64,000 nucleotides of DNA from Candidatus Moraniibacteriota bacterium (GTDB lineage: Bacteria; Patescibacteriota; Minisyncoccia; Moranbacterales; UBA2206): NCBI GenBank assembly GCA_049303795.1, contig JBAQNM010000005.1, forward strand, positions 35,228-99,227, read 5' to 3'. Positions 27,900-37,919 of this stretch are shown piece after piece. The notes under the pieces are model-generated. The model saw nothing but the letters and a program-made list of their open reading frames with translations, had not been told where the DNA came from and did not search any database. Every line of letters starts with the position of its first letter. The stretch's first letter is position 1. A program made the position numbers and the translations under genes.

Positions 27900-29390
27900 C
27901 TAATAATTCAGAAGCTGTTTATTGGCGGGGATAACTTCCCGCATCTCTTGCACCATATAGGTGCTCTGAAAACGATTTTTCAATTCAACCCGGAGAAATA
28001 CTCCAGCGACCGTACTTCCAACTTCTTCGGAAATGTCGCTGTCCAAACAATAGTCCATGTTCGGCCCAAAGATGAGCCAATTATTGTATCTAAGTTCGGC
28101 GTTCAGGTTTGCACCCAAACGGTTTTCTTCCGGTTGATAACCGACCTGGACACCCAAGCGGGTTGCCCAGTTTTTATTCAGATCTCTGTGAATTTTTGCT
28201 CCCACATTGAACTGAGTAATGTCGGTTGCCTTATCGCCATCCCACGTTGAGTCAAAATTCTCACTAACATCAAACGTGGCTTCCGAATACAGAAGATACA
28301 TGTAGTCGGGATGAAACCGCCGCAGATAGTCCGCATAAGCTCCAATCAACATATGATCCTCTGTCTTCTTATATCCCACAGAATGGTTTTTGCCACTCAT
28401 ATGTTCGTACATGCCGCGGAGCAAAAACTCAAACTGATGGGGATAACCCTCATCAGTCATTCCACTCCAAATGAACCCAGCTTCTGGCCCAATCCCGGCA
28501 TTGTTCCAGCGATAACCAGAGTCGGTTTTTCCATCGTTACCGATAGCATACGCACCAACCACTGGGGTCAAAGTTCCGCCGAAGACCTGCTGTTCATTCT
28601 GGCAGTTTCGCAGGTAATACTTATACTGCAAGTACCACCAATCTCCATTGGACTCATCAGCTTTCCAAATTCCGCCACCCGCATCAAAAGTTTGTTCCTT
28701 GAAGCAGGTTTTTTCGATCTCCTTGGAAATGAAAATCGGCTGGAGCTCTTCCTTTTCAGAAATCGCCTCAACTTTTTTCCCTGGTTCCGGTATCAAAACC
28801 TTTGCAGGTTCTTTCCACCAGACCCAGTTTCCACACTTTAAGACTTTGGCAACGTGATAATCAAGAACGCCATAATCTTTCGATGTGTATATCATGCACT
28901 TCGGAAAATCGGTCAAAACATTTTTTGCAATCTTGTTTTTCCCGAAAGTGACCGCCTCAAGCCTTTTACCACTTGAGATATTTTTCCACTCAAAAACGCC
29001 ATTTTTGATATTCGTCAGAGCTGCTTTTTTCACAAATTCAGGAATCTCAAAATGGCTAATTGCCCACTCTGTCGATCCCGTATATTTGTCAGCTCCGACA
29101 CGTTGCCAAACCATTCCGTTAATACTAACCGGTTTTGATTTGGAAACTTTCTTTGCCGTTTTTACTCGCACGCTTCTCTCGGGCAAATTGATTTTCTGCC
29201 CGATCAGAATGTGCCTAGGGTTAGAAATTTGAGGATTAACTGCCTTCAGAGAAGCCAGCGTCACCCCATTTTTTTGAGCGATTCCCCAAAGGGTCTCGCC
29301 CGCCTTTACCCGATATTCCGCTGCTGCGATGGCTGTGCTCGAAAAGAGCATTACCACGAGCAACGAAATACCTAACCAGAATTTCTTCAT
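27900..29390 (-). CDS. Secreted LysM-domain protein with a large C-terminal beta-rich domain
   Basis: Signal peptide MKKFWLGISLLVVMLFSSTAIAA. LysM motif YRVKAGETLWGIAQKNGVTLASLKAVNP..ILIGQKINLP. C-terminal about 400 aa of unknown fold ending in an aromatic residue. Confidence 0.75.
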   Translation of the reverse strand: MKKFWLGISLLVVMLFSSTAIAAAEYRVKAGETLWGIAQKNGVTLASLKAVNPQISNPRHILIGQKINLPERSVRVKTAKKVSKSKPVSINGMVWQRVGADKYTGSTEWAISHFEIPEFVKKAALTNIKNGVFEWKNISSGKRLEAVTFGKNKIAKNVLTDFPKCMIYTSKDYGVLDYHVAKVLKCGNWVWWKEPAKVLIPEPGKKVEAISEKEELQPIFISKEIEKTCFKEQTFDAGGGIWKADESNGDWWYLQYKYYLRNCQNEQQVFGGTLTPVVGAYAIGNDGKTDSGYRWNNAGIGPEAGFIWSGMTDEGYPHQFEFLLRGMYEHMSGKNHSVGYKKTEDHMLIGAYADYLRRFHPDYMYLLYSEATFDVSENFDSTWDGDKATDITQFNVGAKIHRDLNKNWATRLGVQVGYQPEENRLGANLNAELRYNNWLIFGPNMDYCLDSDISEEVGSTVAGVFLRVELKNRFQSTYMVQEMREVIPANKQLLNY

Positions 29391-30340
29391 GGCTTGTCGC
29401 TCCTTTCGTTTAACAGTTTGATGTTTGCCGAATTACGTTTTTTGATTTCGTTTTCGGCGAGTTTTAACAGATATTCGTTGGCAAATGATTGTTCCCTCCT
29501 TGAAACTTCGGAGGAAAAATCTCTGCCTTTTGACGGCGCGCCAGTCGCGCGAATTAAATCCATCGCGAAACCGGCTGAGGTTGCTATGGCACTGCCTATT
29601 GGATTCACACCAACTTGAACAACAAATTTTCCAGTTCCTATAAGTTTTTGAAAATAGGTACTTTGTGGATTCTGTCCTCGAATAAGTGCCACTTCCTTAA
29701 ATCCATAGGGAGAAATAAGATAACCCTCCGGAAACTGGATTTGATTCCAGCTCCGAATTACTTCCTGAAAGCCTTTAATCCCTGTGAGTGAGCTGATTTT
29801 GAAATCCACCCCATCATCGATTTTATTGGCCTCCACAATTTTTTCCTTACGATAAACGTGATCCGTTAAAAATTTTTCCCGCTCAACTGGAATTTCCTTT
29901 TCAAACGGACTATAAATATAATTCATGTCCGTAGAAAGAATCACCAGCTGTCCGTCAGAAACATCGCCATCAAGCACCGCGGTTCCGAAATAATATCCCG
30001 AAGGATGCATTCCGGAAAACAGTATTTGTCCGAACGACTCCGAGCCATCATTTCTGATGACCCAAACGTTCCAGCGCAATGTGCCCAGAAAATATTCTCC
30101 ACCCAGAAGCCGTTTTGGAAAAACGACTGAATAAGTCGAAATGTCTCCTCTGCAAATCGCTGGCGTCGGCTCAAGCCCTAACGTCTGATGGGGCTTGATC
30201 AGCATTTGAATTTCGCCTTTTTCAGGCTGCTGATCCTGGACCGTTTTAATGTTTTTCATTTTCAGTCCGGTCGCACAACCCGTAAGGGCAACGACCAGCA
30301 ATAATAAAACAAAAACCTGCAAACTTTGATTTTTTTTCAT
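29387..30340 (-). CDS. Lipoprotein (hypothetical)
   Basis: Signal peptide with lipobox LLLLVVALTGCATG. 317 aa. 4-nt overlap with the LysM gene, so likely co-transcribed. Confidence 0.7.
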   Translation of the reverse strand: MKKNQSLQVFVLLLLVVALTGCATGLKMKNIKTVQDQQPEKGEIQMLIKPHQTLGLEPTPAICRGDISTYSVVFPKRLLGGEYFLGTLRWNVWVIRNDGSESFGQILFSGMHPSGYYFGTAVLDGDVSDGQLVILSTDMNYIYSPFEKEIPVEREKFLTDHVYRKEKIVEANKIDDGVDFKISSLTGIKGFQEVIRSWNQIQFPEGYLISPYGFKEVALIRGQNPQSTYFQKLIGTGKFVVQVGVNPIGSAIATSAGFAMDLIRATGAPSKGRDFSSEVSRREQSFANEYLLKLAENEIKKRNSANIKLLNERSDKP

Positions 30341-30399
30341 GGATCAACCCCTCCTGATATAATTGTTTTGGATCCGAATTGATCCATTTTTTTGTTTAT

Positions 30400-30448
30400 A
30401 GGACTTACGCATTTGCAATGAAAATTTCTTGGCAAATGCGTAAGTCCT
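30400..30448. repeat. 17-bp perfect inverted repeat AGGACTTACGCATTTGC / GCAAATGCGTAAGTCCT with a 15-nt loop at the island's right boundary
   Basis: Arms 30400-30416 and 30432-30448 are exact reverse complements. No U-tract follows on either strand. A second imperfect 10-bp hairpin is at about 30497-30520. Confidence 0.5.
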
Positions 30449-30534
30449 AATCTATTTCAAACTATTTGATTGTTAAGTTGCAGTCATAACTGTTTCATGC
30501 TAATCCCGATGAATCGAGATTAGACAAAAAACAA

Positions 30535-31275
30535 CTATCCTAAATTATTTCCTGATAATCGATTTTTCCAATATTCGCTGTCAGCTGATAAATCATCCAT
30601 TGGCTTAGGCGAAACATTATGCACAAAAGCGTTCTCACCAAAAGATGTAAATTTAGTTTTGTTTTTAGAATATTCTGATTTATAGCAAACTAGCATAAAT
30701 GTTAGGAAAATACCAATCACAAAACCGCCCAAACTAACCAATAAAATCTGAGTAAACGTTGGGTTTTTTTCCACAATCGGCCCACTCAAAACTCTAATCT
30801 CAACATTCTGTCCTTGTCCTAAAAATAAAGAATATTTATTTGTTAAGACATTAACAATAGAGTTAGAAATTTCTGCTACTTGTTTTTGCGAATTAGTAAA
30901 GACTTTAACCGTAATAATTCCAACATTGGCATTTTTTTCTAATTGTACATTTTTTTGCCACTCTTTCAGACGCTCCGCTTTATCAGCAGGTAGAAAATTC
31001 GATGAAACCATGTTAGTATTCTTGATTTCTTCTAAAAACTTTTCACTGTAAACCGATTCCATCAAGATTCCACTTAAATAATCAGAAGATTTAGAAAGTG
31101 CATAGTAATCAGAGAAGCCTTGTTGGTTTTGAACAACCAAAAGATCGGTATTTCCCCGGTAACTTTTTTGAGTGTAAACCAGAACAGCAAAAGACATTGC
31201 CCCAACAAGTAACCCCACTAAAAGCATCCCTTTATAGCTATTTTTGGCTAATCCAAGCATTTTTTCAAATGTCAT
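30535..31275 (-). CDS. Wzz/CapA-like polysaccharide co-polymerase (chain-length determinant) candidate
   Basis: 246 aa. N-terminal TM (GMLLVGLLVGAMSFAVLVY). Extracytoplasmic domain. C-terminal TM (ILLVSLGGFVIGIFLTFMLVCY) plus a short tail. This is the PCP-2b-like topology. Confidence 0.45.
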   Translation of the reverse strand: MTFEKMLGLAKNSYKGMLLVGLLVGAMSFAVLVYTQKSYRGNTDLLVVQNQQGFSDYYALSKSSDYLSGILMESVYSEKFLEEIKNTNMVSSNFLPADKAERLKEWQKNVQLEKNANVGIITVKVFTNSQKQVAEISNSIVNVLTNKYSLFLGQGQNVEIRVLSGPIVEKNPTFTQILLVSLGGFVIGIFLTFMLVCYKSEYSKNKTKFTSFGENAFVHNVSPKPMDDLSADSEYWKNRLSGNNLG

Positions 31276-31342
31276 AATATTTATCTAAATATGATTAAAT
31301 CTAACAGCAGATAATAGCACTAAAAGCGATTTTTGTCAAACG

Positions 31343-31376
31343 AAAAATCCCCAGAATAAAACACTGGGGATTTTTG
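31343..31376. terminator. Bidirectional terminator after the DUF4349-like gene
   Basis: AAAA-ATCCCCAG-AATAAAACA-CTGGGGAT-TTTT. 8-bp perfect stem flanked by A and T runs. Confidence 0.6.
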
Positions 31377-31400
31377 CTAAGACTAGCTTTTTAAGCTAAT

Positions 31401-32408
31401 TTATTTTTGATTTGTGATTTTAATGGTATTTTCTTCTTTCTTTTTAAGAATTTTTCTGAAAACCGCTCGACCGATTATAAAAATAATCCAGAAAAGAATC
31501 AGATAGAGGATTAAAACTGGAAGAACTGATATTATAAACGCGATTAGAAAGTCAATGAAATTCTGCACCTTAACTACAAGCGATCTAACTGCTTCTTTGA
31601 CAACTTGAATCGGACGCCATGAATCAGAAGGTGGTGTTATGTTCGGATCCTCAGAAAGATTAATCATTATCGTTGACATATCAGTTTGAGAAGCAAGATA
31701 TCGCAGCCGCCCCTGAAGAGATTCGATATTCCCTCTCACTCTGGAAAGTGCCTGAGTAACTTCAATAATATCACTGATCTTTTCTGCTTGATCGAGAACT
31801 TTTTGATAAGCTACTTCTTCAGCTTGCTTATTTTTAATTTGTCCTTCAAGATCTTGGTATTGCTCTGTCACATCCTGTCCGCTCGTTGATTCACGAAGAA
31901 CAGCTACTGCAACTTGCTTTGCTTCTGAATAGGTTTTTTCGAAATTAGCGACAGGAACTTTAACGGAAAGCGTTCCGCTTTTTTGATCTTGATTATTTTT
32001 AGAAAAATTGGAAGAAAAAATATCTCCACTGTTATTTTTAGCTATTTTTTCAATAGCGATAACTGCTTCATCAACACTGTCAACTTTTAATGTAAGATTA
32101 CCATTTTTAATAATTTTTTTATCCACAATTTCTGGAGATTCTGTTTCTTGATAATTCTCAGATAAAGAATTATCAACAACTGCCATTTTTTCCGCACTTC
32201 CAGAAGAAAGAGGATTATTAAATGACATTGAGCGCGAAGGAAGACCTGCAACTGAATTATCATAACCCATTCCACCCGTCATTGTCATAGTATTTCTCGA
32301 AAGAGATCCTATGATAGAAATAAGTACAACTAAAATTAAAACAAAAACACCAATTGATGTTGCAATAATTTTTGTTTTATTTTTTTTCACTTTTTCTGTT
32401 TTTTTCAT
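31401..32408 (-). CDS. Membrane-anchored coiled-coil protein, DUF4349-like architecture
   Basis: N-terminal TM. Central coiled-coil segment (QDLEGQIKNKQAEEVAYQKVLDQAEK...LQGRLRYLASQTD). C-terminal pair of TM helices (FIDFLIAFIISVLPVLILYLILFWIIFIIG). Confidence 0.45.
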   Translation of the reverse strand: MKKTEKVKKNKTKIIATSIGVFVLILVVLISIIGSLSRNTMTMTGGMGYDNSVAGLPSRSMSFNNPLSSGSAEKMAVVDNSLSENYQETESPEIVDKKIIKNGNLTLKVDSVDEAVIAIEKIAKNNSGDIFSSNFSKNNQDQKSGTLSVKVPVANFEKTYSEAKQVAVAVLRESTSGQDVTEQYQDLEGQIKNKQAEEVAYQKVLDQAEKISDIIEVTQALSRVRGNIESLQGRLRYLASQTDMSTIMINLSEDPNITPPSDSWRPIQVVKEAVRSLVVKVQNFIDFLIAFIISVLPVLILYLILFWIIFIIGRAVFRKILKKKEENTIKITNQK

Positions 32409-32457
32409 TTTTTTATATTAATTTTTAACTGGATTTATTATACCACAACTAATTATT

Positions 32458-32500
32458 TATGAAAATAGCGCTTTCAAATTTCACTTCGAAAGCGCTATTG
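32458..32500 (-). terminator. atp operon terminator after atpC
   Basis: ATAGCGCTTTC-(12 nt)-GAAAGCGCTAT forms an 11-bp perfect stem. On the minus strand it is followed by UUUUCAUAAAU. Confidence 0.6.
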
Positions 32501-32516
32501 GGAAAACATAAGAATA

Positions 32517-32957
32517 CTACTCCATTCTCATGCCACCTCTCGTACGATGTCTCCTTGCCACTTTAATTCGAGCAGATTCTTTTTGAATAGCGGCAGCAAC
32601 ACGAGCATATTCATTTTCGTCCATTGAAACTCTTTGATTCTTGAGTTCTTCGGCTTTTTTTCGTCCTTCCTCAGCACGCTTCAAATCAATCTCCTCCGCT
32701 CGTTCTGCTGTATCAGCCAAAACAACAAGTTCATTGCCATGAAATTCAATAAAACCGCCGGAAATTGAAAGAAATATTTCTTTGTCATTCTTCTTAAGCA
32801 TCATCTCTCCGGCTTTAAGACTAGCAATATAGCTCCTATGATTTGGCAAAATTGTTATTTCTCCATCAGTGGTCGGCAAAGTCGCCTGATCAATCTCATC
32901 TTCAAAAACGGTTTTTTCTGGAGTGACTATTTTAAATTTTATTTTTAAATCTGTCAT
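32517..32957 (-). CDS. atpC: F1Fo ATP synthase epsilon subunit
   Basis: FKIVTPEKTVFEDEIDQATLPTTDGEITILPNHRSYIASLKAGEM...ISGGFIEFHGNELVVLAD is the canonical epsilon beta-sandwich. ATG at 32957, 11 nt after the atpD stop, is preferred over the track's TTG at 32993, which overlaps atpD. Confidence 0.85.
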   Translation of the reverse strand: MTDLKIKFKIVTPEKTVFEDEIDQATLPTTDGEITILPNHRSYIASLKAGEMMLKKNDKEIFLSISGGFIEFHGNELVVLADTAERAEEIDLKRAEEGRKKAEELKNQRVSMDENEYARVAAAIQKESARIKVARRHRTRGGMRME

Positions 32958-32967
32958 AAATTTTTTA

Positions 32968-34359
<1,392 letters not shown>

Positions 34360-34450
34360 TTAAATTTTTACTTTATTACAATTTATTAAATTCTAATCAC
34401 TAGCTATTTGCTTTATTTTAGCCAAATATTCACTGATTAGGATTTAAGGG

Positions 34451-34479
34451 TTGACTCTTTAGCAAACTTGGAGTATATT
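34451..34479 (+). promoter_or_regulatory. Promoter of the orphan small gene in the atpG-atpD gap
   Basis: TTGACT (34451-34456), 17-bp spacer, TATATT (34474-34479). Confidence 0.6.
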
Positions 34480-34541
34480 TACATGATTTAATTCCATGTA
34501 ATTAATTTCACAAAAATTCTTTAAGAAAAGGAGATGTGACT

Positions 34542-34706
34542 ATGAAAAATTTTATTATTGGATTAGGATTGGGACATGCGTTGGAAGCACTTTATGTACT
34601 TACAATGAATGTGCCACGTGAAAGTTTGGTCACCATTGCAGTATGCTGCTTTGCAATTTCGGCAGCATTAATTTTCTCAAAATTTAGGGAAAAAATATTT
34701 GGTTAA
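34542..34706 (+). CDS. Orphan 54-aa small hydrophobic protein gene with its own promoter, RBS and terminator, antisense within the atp operon gap
   Basis: TTGACT-17-TATATT promoter at 34451-34479. AAGGAG 8 nt before ATG 34542. ORF MKNFIIGLGLGHALEALYVLTMNVPRESLVTIAVCCFAISAALIFSKFREKIFG. Then a 12-bp stem hairpin plus T8 (34732-34772). Confidence 0.6.
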   Translation: MKNFIIGLGLGHALEALYVLTMNVPRESLVTIAVCCFAISAALIFSKFREKIFG

Positions 34707-34731
34707 ACTTAATACATTATTTTTTCCCGAA

Positions 34732-34772
34732 GCCGCTGACTCATCTATACCATGAGTTGGCGGTTTTTTTTA
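34732..34772 (+). terminator. Intrinsic terminator of the orphan small gene
   Basis: GCCGCTGACTCAT-CTATACC-ATGAGTTGGCGG forms a 12-bp stem (two G.U pairs) followed by T8. Confidence 0.7.
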
Positions 34773-34795
34773 TTTTCAATTTTCCAAAGAACTTC

Positions 34796-34900
34796 TATTG
34801 TCTGAACCACTGATTAGCATGTGATTATCCTGATTACACTGAAATTTTAATTCAGTGAAATCATGTGAGCTCATGTGATAATCAGTGGTTCAGATTATTG
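34796..34900. mobile_element. MITE-like element: 16-bp perfect terminal inverted repeats flanking about 62 bp, bracketed by TATTG direct repeats, abutting the atpG stop codon
   Basis: TIRs TCTGAACCACTGATTA (34801-34816) and TAATCAGTGGTTCAGA (34879-34894). TATTG at 34796-34800 and 34896-34900. The interior holds nested palindromes and three CATGTGA copies. No other copy seen in the window. Confidence 0.35.
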
Positions 34901-35854
34901 TTCAAGCGCCGCCATCCCCGCACTAATCTCCGCAATCTCTTGAGTAATTTTCATTTGACGAATTTGATTGTAGGCCAAAGTGAAATCATCGGCCATTTCT
35001 TTGGCAGCGTCCGTAGCGTTTCGCATGGCAACCATTCGAGCGGATTCTTTAGAAGCATTGGATTCCAAAATTGCATGATAGATCTGCATTTCAATGAGAC
35101 GTGGGATAATGTGATCCAAAACTTCCGCTGGACTTGGTTCAACCTTATATTCAGATTTTGGCTTCTTAAGTCCATATTCTTCCGCCAAAACATCCATCTC
35201 AGCCAATTGTTTTTCTAAGTCAATTTTTGAAAGTGGCAAAATTTGGCGCACTTTTGTTTCTTGCTTGATAGCGGAAACATAATCGGTATAGAAAATAACT
35301 ACCTTGTCATATTTTTTGGCTAGATAATCATCAATTACGACTTTCCCCACCGCTCGCACGGCTTCAAATTTTGGCAGATAGGTCAAATCATTAAACGAAG
35401 CAACAATTTCATTGCCAGTTCTCTTGACTACATTCTCCCCTTTTCTACCCACAGTAATAAAATCGATTTTCAATTCTTCATCAGTAATTTTTGATTCAAT
35501 TTTTTTGGTGCCGATTCGATTTATTTTCAAATTTTTTGGGTTAGCCAATTCTTCTTTGATTTTTTTGGTCAGTTGAGAATTGAATGATCCACAAAGTCCA
35601 CGGTTCGAAGTAATGGCAATGGCCAAAACACTTTTCACTTCGCGTACTTCCAAAAGTCCACCTTGTTTTTTTTCAAACGAACGCGCCAAGTTTGTGAGCA
35701 CACTCCAAGCACTATGAGCATACGGACGAATTGCCAGCACACTCGAAATAGCCCGGCGCATTTTTGCCGCACTCACCATTTCCATCGCCCGAGTAATTTT
35801 TCCAGTGTTCTGGATGGATTTTATTCGTCTTTTGATTTCTTTACCTGAAGCCAT
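34895..35854 (-). CDS. atpG: F1Fo ATP synthase gamma subunit
   Basis: N-terminal MASGKEIKRRIKSIQNTGKITRAMEMVSAAK and C-terminal ITQEIAEISAGMAALEQ helices typical of gamma. 319 aa. Confidence 0.9.
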   Translation of the reverse strand: MASGKEIKRRIKSIQNTGKITRAMEMVSAAKMRRAISSVLAIRPYAHSAWSVLTNLARSFEKKQGGLLEVREVKSVLAIAITSNRGLCGSFNSQLTKKIKEELANPKNLKINRIGTKKIESKITDEELKIDFITVGRKGENVVKRTGNEIVASFNDLTYLPKFEAVRAVGKVVIDDYLAKKYDKVVIFYTDYVSAIKQETKVRQILPLSKIDLEKQLAEMDVLAEEYGLKKPKSEYKVEPSPAEVLDHIIPRLIEMQIYHAILESNASKESARMVAMRNATDAAKEMADDFTLAYNQIRQMKITQEIAEISAGMAALEQ

Positions 35855-35874
35855 AAAATAATTTAATAAAATTA

Positions 35875-37383
35875 TTAGTTTCCGTTTTGATATATATCCT
35901 TAAAATCTTTAATCACTTTTTCCAGTTTTTCGATTATATCTTGGGTCAATTCTTTCTTCTCGGCAATCAATGTCAAAACTTCCTTGGCGCTGGAATCTAA
36001 ATATCTTTGGAAATCCGCTTCCCAAGCCTTTATCTTTGAAACTTCCACGTCATCCAAAAATCCGTTCGTGAGAGCATAGAGAATCGCTACCTGGTTTTCC
36101 ATTAGCATCGGTGCATATTGATCTTGTTTCAAAATTTCCACTGTTCTTCGGCCTCGTTCAATTTGGCGACGAGTGTTTTCATCGAGATCTGATCCAAATT
36201 GCGCAAAAGCTTCCAATTCTCGAAATTGCGCCAAGTCCAAACGAAGTTTTCCGGCCACTTTTTTCATCGCCTTAGTTTGCGCGGCTGATCCCACTCGAGA
36301 AACAGATAGCCCCACGTTCAAGGCTGGACGAATTCCTTTATAGAAAAGATCGGATTCCAAATAAATTTGCCCGTCAGTAATGGAAATAACATTAGTTGGA
36401 ATGTAGGCTGAAACATCACCTGCTTGTGTTTCAATGATTGGTAAGGCCGTGATTGATCCACCACCAAAATCTTTGTTTAGTTTAGCACTTCGCTCAAGAA
36501 GTCGAGAATGCAAATAGAAAACATCTCCTGGATAGGCTTCGCGTCCTGGTGGGCGCTTCAAGATCAAAGAAATTTGACGATAACTCCAAGCATGCTTGGA
36601 AAGATCATCGTAAATTACCAAAACATCTTCGCCTTTATCCATAAAATATTCTCCCAATGCGCAACCGGAATATGGAGCAACAAAAGAAAATGCCGCTGGA
36701 TCAGAAGCACCCGCCAAAACAATCGTGGTATATTCCATTGCACCTTTCTTTTCAAGTTCCGCAACAATTCGAGCAATCTTAGATTCTTTTTGCCCAATGG
36801 CCACATAGATGCATTTCATATTTTGACCTTTTTGATTGATAATTGCATCAATCGCAATGGCAGTCTTTCCAGTTTGGCGATCCCCAATGATAAGTTCGCG
36901 TTGTCCGCGTCCAACTGGGATCATCGCATCAATAGCCTTGATTCCGGTTTGCACTGGTTGATTAACAGATTGTCGAGTGATAACTCCCGGAGCAATTTTT
37001 TCAATTGGATAAAATTTATCAGAAACGATTTCTCCTTTGCCATCAATCGCTTGCCCCAAAGGATTGATTACTCGGCCGATCATATTTTCGCCTACAGGAA
37101 TCGACAAAATTTTTCCAGTTGATTTTACCTGATCACCTTCTTTGATTCCTGAGAATTCGCCCAAAATCATCGCACCGATTTGACCCTCTTCCAAGTTGAG
37201 CGCCACACCAAAAATTTCATTTGGAAACTCCAGCATTTCCGAAGCCATCACATCAGAGAGGCCAGAAATTTTGGCCACGCCGTCTCCAACTTCAAGCACC
37301 GTTCCAACTTTTTCAATTTGTGATTTATTTTCGAAACCTTCGATTTGTTTTTTCAACTGATCGATAATATAATTTTTATCCAT
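35875..37383 (-). CDS. atpA: F1Fo ATP synthase alpha subunit
   Basis: Walker [10 protein letters not shown]. 502 aa. Conserved alpha C-terminal helical domain. Confidence 0.95.
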   Translation of the reverse strand: MDKNYIIDQLKKQIEGFENKSQIEKVGTVLEVGDGVAKISGLSDVMASEMLEFPNEIFGVALNLEEGQIGAMILGEFSGIKEGDQVKSTGKILSIPVGENMIGRVINPLGQAIDGKGEIVSDKFYPIEKIAPGVITRQSVNQPVQTGIKAIDAMIPVGRGQRELIIGDRQTGKTAIAIDAIINQKGQNMKCIYVAIGQKESKIARIVAELEKKGAMEYTTIVLAGASDPAAFSFVAPYSGCALGEYFMDKGEDVLVIYDDLSKHAWSYRQISLILKRPPGREAYPGDVFYLHSRLLERSAKLNKDFGGGSITALPIIETQAGDVSAYIPTNVISITDGQIYLESDLFYKGIRPALNVGLSVSRVGSAAQTKAMKKVAGKLRLDLAQFRELEAFAQFGSDLDENTRRQIERGRRTVEILKQDQYAPMLMENQVAILYALTNGFLDDVEVSKIKAWEADFQRYLDSSAKEVLTLIAEKKELTQDIIEKLEKVIKDFKDIYQNGN

Positions 37384-37403
37384 AAAAATATATTTTTAAA
37401 ATT

Positions 37404-37805
37404 TTACTTAGTTAATTCTTTATTTAACTTTCTTAATTGCCCCTTAATACTCTGATCCAGAATATCGTCGCCCACTCTAATAATTATCCCCCCAACAACA
37501 TTCTCATCAATTTTTCTATTAATTAAAACTTTTTCTACTTTATATTTTCTTTTAATATATTCTTCAATTTTTTTCTCAGTCTCATCGTCCAGTTTTTCCC
37601 TGCTTATCAACTCCGCCTCAGCAACCTTATTTTTAATATTCCAAATACCATTAAAACTTTCCAAAATTTTTGGAAATAATTTACTTTGCCTATTTTTTCG
37701 AACAATTTGAGTAAAATTAAATACAGTCTTATCTACTTCTTGCGATGACTTATTTTCAGTTAACTCATAAAGGGTTCTCGCATATTGATTGGCAGTAATT
37801 TTCAT
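37404..37805 (-). CDS. atpH: F1Fo ATP synthase delta (OSCP) subunit, compact 133-aa form
   Basis: N-terminal ANQYARTLYEL and C-terminal VVGGIIIRVGDDILDQSIKGQLRKL match the delta/OSCP signature. Position between atpF and atpA. Confidence 0.7.
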   Translation of the reverse strand: MKITANQYARTLYELTENKSSQEVDKTVFNFTQIVRKNRQSKLFPKILESFNGIWNIKNKVAEAELISREKLDDETEKKIEEYIKRKYKVEKVLINRKIDENVVGGIIIRVGDDILDQSIKGQLRKLNKELTK

Positions 37806-37919
37806 AAACTATTTTTAATATCTTTATTATTCTTTCAATTCCTTTTTTTATTTTTTCTTTAAAATATCGTAACAGAGCACCTATTTATTATTTAGTAAAA
37901 TCACATAAAAGTCAACCTT

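Noticed and set aside
30400-30448. 17-bp palindrome as a Rho-independent terminator
   Set aside because: No U-tract follows the stem on either strand. Annotated as a repeat or possible operator instead.
36508-37122. 204-aa plus-strand ORF inside atpA, and similar long antisense ORFs inside atpD, HycE-like and the LysM gene (e.g. 33762-34205, 41483-41926, 28311-28841)
   Set aside because: Fully embedded antisense to strongly supported conserved genes. No start-site signals.
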